Shown here piece by piece: positions 38,979-55,288 of a stretch of 64,000 nt of DNA (its first letter is position 1; every line of letters starts with the position of its first letter). The notes under the pieces were generated by a model. It had not been told where the DNA came from. It did no database searches and was given only the letters and a program-made list of their open reading frames with translations. Position numbers and translations under genes: made by a program. This DNA comes from Camelus dromedarius (taxonomy: Eukaryota): assembly GCF_036321535.1 (NCBI RefSeq), contig NC_087436.1:47680001-47744000 (forward strand), written 5' to 3'.

Positions 38979-39209
38979 ATTGAAAATTCAGTTGAAGTTG
39001 ATTTGGGCAAAGTCCATATCTGAAATCATTGGACGTAGATTAATGAGGATCTTTCCTGCTCCATCTGGTATTGATGAAAAGATAATCTGTTTTGCCAGTT
39101 TCTCTGACAAAATGACTAACAGTACAAGCTCTGGAGAGGCCTTAAGTATCCTGCTAGTGATGTATTGTTCAGACTTCATGGACCCTACTTGGATGCTTAG
39201 CATCTCTGG
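38979..39209 (+). other. Candidate 231-nt exon-like segment, open in one frame
   Basis: gttgtttAG acceptor and TGG|GTAAGA donor, lying within the 98-aa ORF 38917-39213. No recognisable protein. Confidence 0.25.
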
Positions 39210-39829
39210 GTAAGAGCTGCTTTCTGAACTACATTTTTTCTGTAAATGCCTATTTTCAGATTATCTTGAAATCGCAAAAGAAAGATAAACTCCTTGATGT
39301 GTTATTATCTCTTTTATTAAGAAAACTAATTTGTGCCCAGTGCTGTGATGTCAACCCAATAATGTGGCTATTTATGTAAAATTAGAGACTGCTCTTTGGA
39401 GATGAGATATTCTTTTATTTAGCAAAAGTCATATAGATGCCCTGTAATGTTTTTAATGCTATATTGGATATACATAATTTAAAAAAATGGAAACAAACTA
39501 GAAAGAAACATTACTATATGCTGGTTTGTGAAATCCAGTGTAATCTTTCCTTCAAATTTCATTTGACTCAGTATGAACCCTTTTGGTGTTCTCATCTTTA
39601 GAAGGGAGGATTCATTCTCTTATTGTCATAGGTATCAACAAGATTATAGCAAATAGATCTAAGAACTTGGGCTGGAAGACTTGAAGGTCTTGGAAAAGGA
39701 AAAGGAAAAAAGTTTAATGTATAACATTTTGCAATGTTATTCTCAGTAACTTAGTCTCATAAGGAATTTAGAAGAATGGAAGAAGTGCTTCCTTTTAGCA
39801 GACTAGTTTATTTCATCTTTGGTCAATCA

Positions 39830-40440
39830 ATCTTTCATTCCTGGACTTCCTTCTCAGAAAATGGCAACATTTTCCATCTAACTACTCAAGACAAAATCTA
39901 GGAGTTATTCTCGATTACTTTCCATTCCTTGTTCCTTTTTTCCAGGTCTTCATTTTAGTCCTATAGAGCCCACTTCCCAAGTATATCTTCATTTCATCTA
40001 CTCATTTCTATCTCTATTATTAACCAACCATCACTTTTCATTGCCCTACAGTAACAGATTGCACTGATTTCTCTTCTTGTTTCTCCATGATTCATTATTC
40101 ACAGTAGCCAGAATGATCTTTTAAAAACACCAAATATCATAGTTAATGAAACCCAAATTTCTTGACCTAACTTGTAGAGTACCCCATGTTCTGGTCCTTG
40201 CTTATTTCTTCGTACTTTATTTTGCACTCTTCTTTCCTTGTTCCTCACTCTCCAACCATGTTGAACAGACCAGATGTGTTCCCACTTTAGGGCCTTGTAC
40301 TAACTGTCCCTGTTGCATGGAATGCTCTTGTCTGTGATCTTTGCGTGGTTACGTCCTCCTATTTGCTGCTGTGTTCTTAGTGAGTAAAGCACCTCCTGTT
40401 ACACAGCAGGCATGGAACAAATACTTGTTGAAAGAGATAA
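39830..40440 (+). mobile_element. L2 3' portion
   Basis: aaatctaggagttattctcgat, cacagtagccagaatgatcttttaaaa, tail aacaaatacttgttgaa. Confidence 0.72.
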
Positions 40441-41092
40441 TGGAAAAAGGGATCCTTTTGAGATATAGAGGGGAGTGATATAATAGGCTAGTAACACATG
40501 TTCGTGTAGCTGAGACTTTTGAGGGACGCCAGTTTTCCTTTTGGATTCTATTACATGGTACTAAACGTCTATTGATCCTTAGAGAAGAATCAGGCTAACG
40601 TTTCCTTTTAAAATAGTTGTGTCTGTAGATTGCATTTTCAGTTTCTATATTCTCTTGCCTATTTTTCATGGCGTGTTCTAAAGAAGCACAGACCCTTTAG
40701 TACACAAGAAAAGCAAATCAACCCAAAGTGATCATAATAATCTCATTTCCTGTTTCCTATATATCTCTCTCATGGGAATGGAGTTCTTCGTAAGGAGGAC
40801 TGAAGATGAATATTTGATAGAGGATTGGACCCCAGGATGTTTTTCACTCACTGAATCTTTTACATCTTCTAATTCTAGAGTTTTCAGAAATCAAGCTATC
40901 TCCCAGTTCATACTTCTTTCCCAGAGGCACCTTCTAAACCAGGTTAACCTGTCATTCTGACTTACCTCTATATTTTTGCTTCATTTGTTGCTGCAGAACA
41001 TTTGCTTCTGTGGTTCAGAATGAGTCTATACTTTGTTTCCATGTAGTGTGAAAAATTACAAGTGGTAATATCAATCTGATGGTGTTTTCCAG

Positions 41093-41125
41093 GATATCTG
41101 GAAGGTCAAAACTGACTTCTTTCAA
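41093..41125 (+). other. Candidate 33-nt cassette exon
   Basis: ctgat branch-like motif, tgttttccAG acceptor and CAA|GTAAGT donor. Reads DIWKVKTDFFQ in frame 0. Product not recognised. Confidence 0.35.
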
Positions 41126-44100
41126 GTAAGTTCTAAAGTGAATTGGAAAGAAAGAAATTTAAAACGTTTCATAAAGTTGCAAGCCAAATGATGCAGAATA
41201 TAGAGAAGACATGAATAAAACAAGTTGCATCTCTTCCCTCACACCTTGAATTACCCTAGTATATCCCCACTGTACCCCAGATAGGAAGCAAAAGTGCATT
41301 CAGGCACCTTTTCACACTAAGCTTCAAATCAGTAGCTGGCACTTGGTTGTTGTTGTTGAATGAAGGTTTTCTGGGTTTTGATTCTGATGATTCATCTGAA
41401 GTCTAGGAAAGTTTATGAGAATATATGTAGACATTGAGTATAACTGTATATTTTGGAACACTAGATTTTAAACCCTGTTTAGGTTATTGATCATGTCTAA
41501 GCTCTGTTATGTAAATTCTGGAGGAATTTCTGAGATCAAAGAAGAAAGACCCAACTCTTTCTGTAATAGGAGCACAGATTTGTTTTCTATAGATCCTAGC
41601 ATTACTGTTTTAGGTTTATAAATAGCTCCTTTTTTTTTTTTTTTGTAAAGTAACTTTTATGATGCCATGCAATGTTAAATATATTTTGATTGCTACGTTT
41701 GTATTTATAAATGGAAATTATTTGACTATAAATCTCAAACTTGAAAATTTGTAGGCATGCTTATTTGAAAATATAGTATAATAATTCTCATAAATTCTTT
41801 CAAAATAAATTGACCTTTAAAAGTTTTGTAATGCTGTTTTCTCATTTCTGTGGTCTGTGCAAAGTTATGTGTTGTATTTTGCTTTTCATGTATAGGTAAG
41901 TTGACCATATATTTTATACCAAATAAACAAAACCAAGACCTCCAGACTTTATAAGAGTTTATACAAGTTCTGAGATATGAGAAAATAATGAGGACAGTTA
42001 CATGTGGATTTGTTGCATGTTCTTTAGTAGAATTATCATTTCATCTGAATAGGTCCTTTTTTTCCTAGTCCTGGTTATTAAGATGATGGTTCAATTCCAC
42101 TGAATACTAAACAGAAGGTTGAAAATAGGCAGCTAAAAGGAAAGGAAACAAGCTGATTCATTTAAGCAAAAGGGAGAAAGAAGATAATCTCCCAACTGAG
42201 ACTTTGCCCATTTCCACAGCCTCTGAGCCACAGTATCAATAGCTGTCAACACTATGTGGAAAATTGCATTGACATAGTGTAATTGGTCCTGCAATATAAC
42301 TGTAACACAATGAAGCAAAATAGCCTATTCAGGGCACTCAATACCATAATTAGTCCGAAGTCCAGACACAATGTAAAACCCAGGAAGGATATTTGAAAAT
42401 ACATAGGAAGGCATTTTGGAAGTGAAGGGAGACATAGTGTGAGAAAAGTTTTTGATATTTTTAAGTTTAACATGATGATCAGCTTCTAGTAATATTTTCA
42501 AATTGTTTAAAAAATATGAGCAAAGAATGGAACCCTGCTTTTTCTTTTACCACTTTGGGACCAGAAGGGTTTAATTCCTCCAACATAATGGGCAGTATGA
42601 CCTTGACCTTTGGAACTGGATCTGGTACCTTGAAATGAACACCATAGTGCATTACTGCTCTGAAAGCAGTCTGAGCCCCATCTACTTCTCTGATGAAAAA
42701 ATTTATTTTTTCTTTTTCTAGTTAAAATTAAGAAAGCCAAAGATCAGGATAATTAAAACCCCACGGACAAACTTATTTGTTCTTAAATCATTGCAACCAA
42801 TGGCTGCATATTCACTAGATTGATGATTTCTTTTCTTACTGACAAAAAGAAACATAACTTCAAATTTTACATCATCTTTTTACTTAGTAGCTCAGCTCTT
42901 GATTCACTGTTTTGTAATTTTATTAGTGTATTTCTGAATTGCTGCTTCTGTAGAGTGGTGATAAGTAGATGATTAAAGTGATATTTTCTTGCTGGAGAAA
43001 CAAACTCTCCCCATTTGTAATGCCCTGTGTGATAAAACAGAGCAAGACTGCAAATACATCAGATTTAGGTGGATCGGCATACACAAAAATGCACACATGT
43101 TTATTCTTCATTAAAAATACACATTCTATATGTATATATGAATTTTTTACATTGCATTGTTTGTACAATCCTTTCTAACTGATATGTTACTTTTTAATAA
43201 ATTATTAAAGGAGAAACTAAAGGGATTATATTAATCTACAAAAATAAACATGAGTATTGATATTAATTTATGTGTAAATAAGTTCTTTGAAATGTGAAAT
43301 TTATTAGTAAAGTTTTTTTGGCAATACATATAGGATAATATATTTATTTGAATTAAAAAAAATCCTTAGGGAATCTGGCTTGAGGCACAGAATTATCTTT
43401 AGTTATCATATCACCTATCATGGAAGGAGAGGTGAAATATTAAATACGAGCAATTATAAAGATTACAACCCTCATTGTCATGTTTTTAAGCTGGCACAAT
43501 GGAAGGGAAATACAATCCTCCATTTAAAATGTGTTGGAATTGAAATGGTTGCATTGAGGCATATTTTGCTACATCACAATTTCAGAAACTTAAATCGCAT
43601 CAGTTTTCTATCACTGTAGCACCCAGTCTATCTGCTGCCCCTTCATTTTATTCCTTTAAGATACTTATCTTTTATGATTTGGACAGGCTCTTCTGACCAC
43701 TGAAGGTTGTGACTGAAGTAAATATAACCTTTTTTCCCCCCTCTGTCACAGGCCGCTTAAAGTATTCTTCCTTCAAAATACTCCAACAAACCTGCTGCTA
43801 TGGAACCCTCTCCTACTTTTCTAAATGCTTGAATGCTAAATCTCAGCCACTTGAAAACTGCATAATCCTATAGTGGTCAAAATATTCAGTTCTTTCCCTA
43901 AAAAACCTTTATTTTAACCAATTTTAACCAATTCTTGTTCCTCTTGTAGAGATTTACTATTCAGAGAAATTAATAACCAAATGTGGGGAAGGGAGTCACA
44001 TTGAGTGAAAGTTTACTATTTGTTGGGCACTTCACATGCTATAGCAGCTAATTATTTTAATGGTCCTATAACACGAAACTAAGAAAGTTCAAGTAATTGC

Positions 44101-44559
44101 AAAACTTGTGAATATTTGAACTGATTTGCCAACTTGATAAGTCTGCTTGGCTCTGAAACTCATGCTTTAACTAGCAGAAAGCTTGTGGCTTTTAAAAGAA
44201 CCAATGATGTTTAAAATATACATTTCATAGAATTGAGAAATAGGCATCCTGATTTTGAGTTTATACCTGAGTTGGAAAAATGACTTAAAAATTGACTTGC
44301 ATTTTTGTTCTTCAACAATACAGAGGAGAGTTTCTTAACCTTCTCCCACCCCATTATTACTCCATTAAGGAGATAGTTTAGATTTTTTTTTTTGATTGCT
44401 CTTTTCCCCATGAAATTGTAATATATGTTTATAGGTACTGTAACCCTTTGGAGGACCATATTGTAGCAAAAAATTTTTGTTCCCTTAGGGGAATACTGCC
44501 CCTGTTAAGGCTGCATGATATGGACTATTCCTCTCATGCACCAGTACTATTTAAAGGGG

Positions 44560-44790
44560 CAGGCAGAGTGCACCAAGCCAGCTTCGGACTTACACAAATC
44601 CTGCCCGGCTTCTGTTCAGTCACTTGTTACTTTATGGGAACTGAGGCAAGTGACATTACCGCTCTGAGTCCCAGCTGGCTCCTCAGGAAAATGGAATTAT
44701 AATTCTACCTCATAAAGCTGTTGTGAGAATTAAAAAAGATGGTGCCTTTAAAGTGCCTAGCAAGAGCCAGCAGAATTCTCAAACAGTATT
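44560..44790 (+). mobile_element. MIR
   Basis: ggcaagtgacattaccgctctgagtcccag...aaaatggaattataattctacctcataaagctgttgtgagaattaaa. Confidence 0.7.
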
Positions 44791-46149
44791 AGCTCCTTTT
44801 CTTCCCTTCTATGAGAATTATCACTAGACCCTACATTTTCTGGGAACAGTGCTAGGAACATCAGACCAGAATTTGGGAAACTTCGGTTCTGGTACGAACT
44901 CTGAAGTACTTAGATATGTGGTTTTTTTTTTTTTTTTTTTTTTTCTCTGTAAAATGAGAGGGTTCATTTCTAAGTCTTGTTTAGGCTTTTCAGGTTGTGA
45001 TTTTATAATATCACACTAGGGCCTTTCAGGGACATAAAAGAATTAATAACATTAAAAATTTTTATTGGCATTTTCAATCTCAGTGCCAGAAATGTTGCAA
45101 GAGTATTTTCCCCTTTACATATTCTTCAGGACATGAATATTGAGAGGTAAAGAACTACAAATAGCCAAGGGTGGTACCGGCTAGCTCCCAAAGAAGAAAT
45201 TTTACTTGTGCTGAAAACTGTATTCCCTAGCGATTTCCTAAGGGCAAATCATTTTTTGGATACATAGATGAAAGAAATTTAGCCATATTTCTAATTTCTC
45301 TTTAATTCCAGCTACTATAGAGTGGGAAAACATTAGATAATTACAGCTGAATATAAAGAATAAAAACCAGTTAGCAAGTAAACATCTTTTCTGTGTACTG
45401 GTGTTAACACCAGTGAGGATTCAGGGCACAGCAGAAAGAGGTAAAACTTGGAGAACAAGCGGCCTAAGCATTGCCAGTCATCATGCTTCTCAAGAAACAT
45501 GGAAGAGCTTGCTCAGGTAGTATAGCAAAGGAAGAACATGGGATAGTTGAAAGCTCCTCTTGGGTTGTAGGCAGTGTATTTTACGTGTTTATTTGTGTTT
45601 TTCTTTATTTGGAACAATTTCAGAGAGACCAAAATGCATAAAGAATACTGTAATGAGCAGCCACGTATCCACAGCTGGCTTATCCAAAGGAAACATTACA
45701 AACCCAGTCAAAATCCCTCATGTGCCTTTTCCTAATTGCAGCCCGCTTCCCCTGTAGAGGTATATACTCTCCTGAATTTGGTATTAATTGTTCTCATGCA
45801 TTTCTTTCTTCCTTTTTTCTGCATATGCATATCTTTCTTAATAATAAGTAGAGTTGTTTGACAAGCTTTATATTTTTCAAGACAGATATCATAATGTGTG
45901 TATTTTCACCCAGTGTTATAAGATTCAGTTTATTTTTGAATGTTTTATTTTAAATGGTTAAGTGGTTTTTATATGATACACTCTTTTACATTATATTATG
46001 CTATTACTACTTTTATCAAATAATTGATTTGATTCACAGTTGCATATTTGTAAGTCAGTTTCAAGGTGGTGGGTTTTATAAATGTCTTTTGAAATAATTC
46101 ATAATAAGCATATCATTCATAATAAATATATGTATCATTAGTTTACTGG

Positions 46150-47040
46150 TAAATGATATTTAAATGATTTCCTAGTCAAGGACAGTGTTAGGTATTAAAA
46201 ATTCACTGGTGAGCAAAATAGACGTTGTCCCTTTCTTATGAACCTTACAGCCTAATAGGAAGACAAATCTTAAATTACACAAATAAATCCATAAGTCAAT
46301 GTATAATACATTAAACATAAATCTATTGGTTGCCATATAGGAGTGAAAACAATGAATCAGACAAATGAAAATCTTTGAGCTTCTGGGACTCATTCTCCAC
46401 TTGCGTGGTTGTGGGAGAGTGAGGAAGACCTATAGTAAATAAGATAAGGTAAGAGGAAGTAAGATAAGTGAGAAAAATATAATGTGTGTTTAAAAGTGTT
46501 ATATGCTATGGAGTAAAATAAAGGAGGGGAGGGTATAGGCAGTAAGGGAGGGGTGGAATTTTAAATATACTGTCCATAGAAGTCTTCACTGAGAAGATGA
46601 TGTCTGAGTAAATACATGAATGGAGTGAGGGGAGGTGAGAGACTGAGCGGTATGTGAAGAGAACTTGAGCCAGAGAGATGGCAAGTACAAGGACCTCAGT
46701 TCAGAGCAGCGATCAGCATCGTTTTCAAAGGAGAGCAGTGAGTGAGAGTAGAGTGTGTGAAGGGAAGAGCAGTAGGACTGAGATGGGGGGTAGGGTTGGT
46801 GATGTGGGATTGTTTGGTGGTTGACGGATTGATTTGCTATTGTAAGTACTTTGGCTTTTACTTCAAGTGAGATGTAAAACCACTGGAGGGTTTTAGTAGA
46901 AAGATGGCATGATCCTATGTCTGTTTAAATAGGATCTCTCTACAGGCTACATTGAAAACAGAATGAATTGGGCGTAAGAGCAGAAGCAGTGAGGCCAGTT
47001 TGTGTAATGATCTTGGTAAAAGATCGTAGTAGCTTAATTC
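46150..47040 (-). mobile_element. L2a-like fragment
   Basis: gagcaaaatagacgttgtccctttcttatgaaccttacagcctaat and ttggcttttacttcaagtgagatgtaaaaccactggagggtttt. Confidence 0.75.
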
Positions 47041-49433
47041 TTATAAGTAAGACTGTTCTTTCCCATGAGAAGTTTACAAGGAGAAAAGAAAGCAATAAAC
47101 AGAATTATAGTGTTTTGAGGACGTAAGAAAAGATACATATTCATGTTGTATTAAAGTTGATGGGAATATAACTTTTTGTAAAGTAGGTACTTCAGTCTGG
47201 GGAGAATATCTTTAAAAATCTAGAAATCAACAAAACTTAGTATTTCCTCCTCTGTGCTTTCATGGTACCTTGTACATATTGCTATGTGGACATCTATCTC
47301 ACCATCCTCTATTGTAACTATTTACACATCTGCCTACCCCATAAAATTGTGGACTCTTTTGGGTAAAGACATGGGTGTTATTAATCTACATGTCATTATT
47401 GCTAAAATAGTGTGGACATATAACAGGCACTTAATAAATTCACATTACATTAATTCAATGAGTTTTAAAAAAACAAGCAATGTGATGTTTCACTAGGCTG
47501 ACTGAACTAGTCAATATCAGGAACCTGTACTTTGTGTGTCTTTTAATAGAGGGTGTTTGTGGCTAATTGACTCTGGACATCTGACCACCTCCTGGTCTGG
47601 AATTGTGGGAATGTGCTCAAATGTATTTCCTGTATTTGTATATTTGCTGTTATCACAAAATGTACCATCATTCCCAGGAATATTCCACTATTGCTGACTT
47701 TTATTTTAGTAACCTGATGTACTCTAGGATATGTGCCTGAGAATAAACTCTATATCTAATCCAATCTGCATTCAGGGGGAGGGGTTAGGACATTTTTTCC
47801 TGAGTAGAGGGAGAATTTGTTGACCAGTTCATATGAAAAGATTTCATTTCTCAAATGATCCCATCTGCAAATGAAATTCATGATTGTTATTTATCATTTG
47901 TTGAGCACAAGCTGTGTACTCAGTGCTATATATATATAAAAAAATCCCCCAAACCAAAAAACGAAAAAATCATGGGGGATGACATGGTCCATGCCTCAGG
48001 GCCTCACAGTCCACGCCAGGCACTGCTTGCAGTTCATATATGACAATAGCAGAAAGAGTGATTGCGTCTCGGAAGTGATAGGCTCTTGGAGATAGTGTTA
48101 TATTTTTATGATTACAGAGGGCTTACCAAGACATTTTATCAGAAAAGACTTATCAAAATGAAAAAATTTTAGGAGTAATATTTAAAGAGGAAGGAAGCAG
48201 TCAAATGACAGATTGTTAGTTTGACTTGATCCTAGAGTGAACTCACATGCTTATCTATGTAAGGAGAATACTGCTGAGTAAAGAAGTGACTTGGGTGAAG
48301 TAAAGACGACCATATCCATGGACTAATCTACAGCTAGCATTTAACTGTTTCCTGATACGAATCTTCATTCTAATACTGGAATCATCCAAGGTTCTGGTAT
48401 TTATCGAAAGAAGTGTGATAAAATACTAAGCACACGTAAATTAATAAGCAGAGTAAACTTAGAAAAAATAATTTTCCCCCTAGATTTCCCTGAACTTTAA
48501 ATGATTAATTTAAATGATTCAAATGCAACGGCAGAGTGTAAGAGATTCCAGGCAAATAGCACAAGATTTGGATAAATATTGTTTAAAAATTACAGTACAT
48601 ATTCTTAGGACTGTTGTCTCAATTCAGTTGCCTCAGTACTTGACTTCCATCGCCGCTTTCCACACTCAGGTGCTTATGATTACAGAATACTGTCATACTG
48701 CCAAGCTTGGAGCTTGATGTTTATCTCTTTGGTAATATCTCTACAGATAATTTTTTTCCTCCCAAATTGTAATTTTCAGGGACTCTGTTGCTTATCCACA
48801 ACAAAACAGACCCTCAACTCCTAGCACACATTCTATCCAATGGGCCACTCCTGCTCAGTAGAATCCTGAAATAGTATGGTCAGCATGGTTTGCTATTTTA
48901 ATGCTACTCCCTGGGACCACCCTAGGCTCCTAGACCCTTAGCTTCTGCCTTGTCTCCTTAACTCTGAATTATCCATGATACTTGCTGCCACTTCTCTTTC
49001 TGATAGAAGGGGAAAGATACAAGAAGAAGCCTAAAGTAGGGCAAATTCGTAATAGCTATTACCATCTAGATCATTTTTGCTATACTTTAAAAATATGTAA
49101 TTATTTGCTGCTTAGAGAATTTCACACCATTTTTCCTGAACCTTTACCACTATTAAGCTAATGATTGTAACAGTCTCTGTTTTCTACTGCAGGAAAACTT
49201 GCTCTCTTTTCCAGAGATTTGGGAGTCTTAGATTAAACTCTCAAATCTAATATTGTTTCAGTGTTGACTTTCGTCTTCCTAGATATCTCTTCCCTTCAGT
49301 TTAGAGAAAAAGTTGTTCTTTTATGTCTCTGAATCTCTCCACCTTTGTTCTAAAGACCATCTCACCACTCTAGGAGTTCTTCAATTTCATATTTATTGCA
49401 CCTCTCTCTGCACCACCAGTATTCCTTTTCTAT

Positions 49434-50000
49434 ACTATTTTAGTGTTCAATCAGGGAAACAGAAAAATTAGGGCTTTATACACACACACACACACACACA
49501 CACAATGTAACTGTAGGAGCTGTTAGGTTGAGTGGTCTCTGTAAGGCTCCCCATATCTGAAGCTGGAGCTTAAAGTCCTCAAGGTAGATATCAGAAAGGA
49601 AAGATGGAAGTAAGGTGGGAGAGAGCAAGAACAAGTTGGAAACCATAAACACAAGCTGGAGTCCATGAGAATGGACCAAAACCTGTGTTTTTCTTTTCCC
49701 CTCTACCTTTAGTGGTGTCTTGCAGAAGCCAGGGCTATTCATCATAGAGTTACACACATTTGTTGGCCCAAGGGTCAGAGAAGCTGAAGGGACAGGAAGG
49801 TAGAGAAGTTGCAGACCTGGCTTCTGTTCATGTTATGTGATAAGCAGTGTGTGAGCTACAAAATAGCTGCTGCTTCACTTTCATCATCCAGATCTCCAAT
49901 AAGAATCTCTCTTGTTCTCCACTGTGACCAGACATAACAGGAAAGGGAATTCTGGGAAACATATTTTTCCAGCAAGCTGACATATTACAAAGCCACCACA
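49434..50000 (-). mobile_element. ERVL-class 3' LTR (LTR41/LTR52-like)
   Basis: Minus-strand start TGTGGTGGCTTTGTAATATGTCAGC...TTTCCCAGAATTCCC directly after an ERVL-type polypurine tract. Confidence 0.7.
49481..49504 (+). repeat. (CA)12 microsatellite inside the LTR
   Basis: Read directly. Confidence 0.95.
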
Positions 50001-51402
50001 ATCCACCCTTTGTCAACTTGGCAAGCATATGTATTTCCTTAAACTGTATGTAACCTCAGTATAAAGACACCAACAGAGTAATGTTCTGACTAACCTGATT
50101 CAACTATCCCATATACAACTGATCACATGCCAACCAATTCTCCTAAAAAGGATACAAAGTCCTTTTTGTTTCTTTGGATCATACTCATTCTTATAGTTGA
50201 TTCACATTCCTTCTTTGACATCCTATAACTTAAATAGAGATGTAACCTGAGATACAGAGTTAGCTGGTGTTCATGTATATTATGTTAGATAATAAGAGGA
50301 TAAGGGAGAGAAGAAAACAAATATGTTTGATATATATCTGTGTATTTGGTTATTGTATATAAATATTACATATGTTAAGATATATATGTATATATACATA
50401 TACAATGCATATAAATATTGTATACACACAAACATATTCATATCAAAATAAGGAAAAACCTATATCCTATATCTTTCATAGTCCTCATTTCTGCAACTAG
50501 TCATGTGATCATAACTGGTATTTGTAATTCCTTCTTCCATTAGTCCACATTCCTTTCTATATTCCTTTGCTCTCAGCAGGTACCTCAGCTAGTTCTGATT
50601 CCTTGCATGTCAGGGTGACCAAAACTTTCATTCCTGAATTGTGTAGGCTACTGGCAGTCCTGGCTGAATTGGGTTGTTGTAGTTCTCTGTTGACTTTAAT
50701 CACAGGACATGGGAGAACTAGAAGCGCCCTTGATGATCTACTGAATCCCAGAAATATTCCTCCTTACCTTCATTGTCATTTTCAAGTTTCCCTTGATAAT
50801 CAGGATCAATCACCCAGTCAGAAGAGTAACCCTTCTCTTTGCTGGATAATTCAGTGATAGGAGGAGCCAGAGACGCCAGGTAGCAGTCAGTCTCAACTTG
50901 TGGTTCAGGGAAATCATTGTTGTGTCTGAAGAATTTCTCCCTTTGGAACTAAAAATCTCTAAGCCAGCAGAAGCTAAAATTGCAGGGATAGGAAGTAAAA
51001 ATGTTGCTAGTGGAACACTAGGGATCAATAGGGAAAGAAACCACTTTCATATCCACATTTTGATTCCCAGACCCATGAATTAGACCCATGAATTAGACCC
51101 ATGAATTATGGCCCAGAAATAGCACCGTATGTTGAATATTGACTTGGAGTACATCTGTCACCATCCAGAGGACATTGCTCCAGCCCTACAAGATATTGTC
51201 ACCTACCTGATGCTACAACTGAGTGTTCAAAAGGCCATTCCACTATTCTGTCAAGCCAGTTGATTCAGGCTTATGGAGTACATGGTCGAAACCAGTGAAT
51301 TTCATGAGTACAAACTCCTTGCCACACTTAATTTGCTGTAAAACAATTTTCTCAATCAGAAGTGATGCTGCATGGAACACCATGATAGTGAATAAGGCAT
51401 TC
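50001..51402 (-). mobile_element. ERVL internal 3' region (decayed pol end)
   Basis: PPT-like gccaagttgacaaagggtgga adjacent to the LTR, and the decayed ORF 50810-51028 (PLATFLLPIPAIL.SAGLE) of the kind seen in ERVL pol 3' regions. Confidence 0.7.
51069..51107 (+). repeat. Perfect tandem triplication of AGACCCATGAATT
   Basis: Three exact 13-bp units. Confidence 0.95.
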
Positions 51403-51482
51403 TTTTCAGTTATTAGATTTTAACATGAAGACACTCACTTACGCACACAACAGATAAGTATATTAATTGTCTGGCATGATGA

Positions 51483-54103
<2,621 letters not shown>

Positions 54104-54119
54104 TGGTAGAATTTTGTGG

Positions 54120-54350
54120 AAGTCATTGTGGTGTAGTGGTTTAGATCACAGACTCTGCTTCCATACTTCCTTACTTCAAAACTCAGATCTGACATTTACT
54201 AGATCGTTGACTTTGGGCAAGTTTCTTAACATTTTTACACCAGTTTTCTTGTCTGTGAAGCAGAGATGATAATAATAGTACCTACCTCACAAGTTTATTC
54301 TGAAGATTAAATAAATTAATAGCTATGAAGTAGTTGGAATAATGCAGAGT
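54120..54350 (+). mobile_element. MIR
   Basis: tgactttgggcaagtttcttaac...cagttttcttgtctgtgaa...ataatagtacctacctcac. Confidence 0.8.
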
Positions 54351-55251
54351 ATTAGAATTGTTTTTTAAATTCTAGGAGACTGGGTATCACAGAAATAAAG
54401 TATTGCTTTAATGTACCTCATAGAGCATTGGCTTTAGATCTCTCTGATGGAAGTAAAATCTTTCCACTGAGTTTTCAGAATTTTTGAGTAATTATGTAGA
54501 GTATAATGTACTTAATTCAGCATATTTTACTATTCTTCTGAAGGCTTTCCTGGCTCAAACATTTAAAATTACTCATTAAAACCAGCTTCCCATTCTTTAA
54601 ACAATTTTTCATGAAAGAATGTTTGTGTATGTGTATATATGTATATATGTGCATTTACATGTATCTATATATACACATATATGCCTATGTATGTGTAAGA
54701 GAAATGTTACTGTTTGTGACTTCCAATCAGGACTAATGCTGAACATAAATGTAAAATGAAATTCTGTGTTTGTCCTATCTCATCATTTACTGTCAGCTTA
54801 ACTGGAATCACGTATATGGATAAAATTTTTCTACTTTAAATCATTGCAGATCTAACACATTTAAAGAGGATATTCATTAGCTTTAAAGAAGGGGAGAAAA
54901 CCTCAGGCATTTCGTAACTTTTATATCTGCTCTACTACAGAAGCAACTTGTGCTTAGGCACTATATTGTATTTGAATTTTGTGTCTCTAAATATCAAATG
55001 AATGTGAATCAGAACCTGATTAAGCATGGTGATATAATTCATTTTTGAAGATATTCATTGTGGTTCAAGGATTTTATGACACATGTCAACATGTTTCCTC
55101 ATTCAACAGCAGTTTATGATATTTATGCCATTATTATGTAAATTGTGTGGTTGCTCTAAAATGCTGGACATATTTAGTTCTTCCTGATTAGTTGCCAGTG
55201 AAGTCACAACTGGTCCATTAGTCCAAGTAATCCATGGGAACGTTTGCCTTG

Positions 55252-55288
55252 GTTTTTTGTTTTTGTTTTTGTTTTTGTTTTTGTTTTT
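55252..55288 (+). repeat. (GTTTTT)n microsatellite
   Basis: Read directly, about six units. Confidence 0.85.

Noticed and set aside
40960..41010. Minus-strand donor GAG|GTAAGT with possible 25- or 42-nt exon
   Set aside because: Acceptors have poor pyrimidine tracts; cannot be distinguished from chance.
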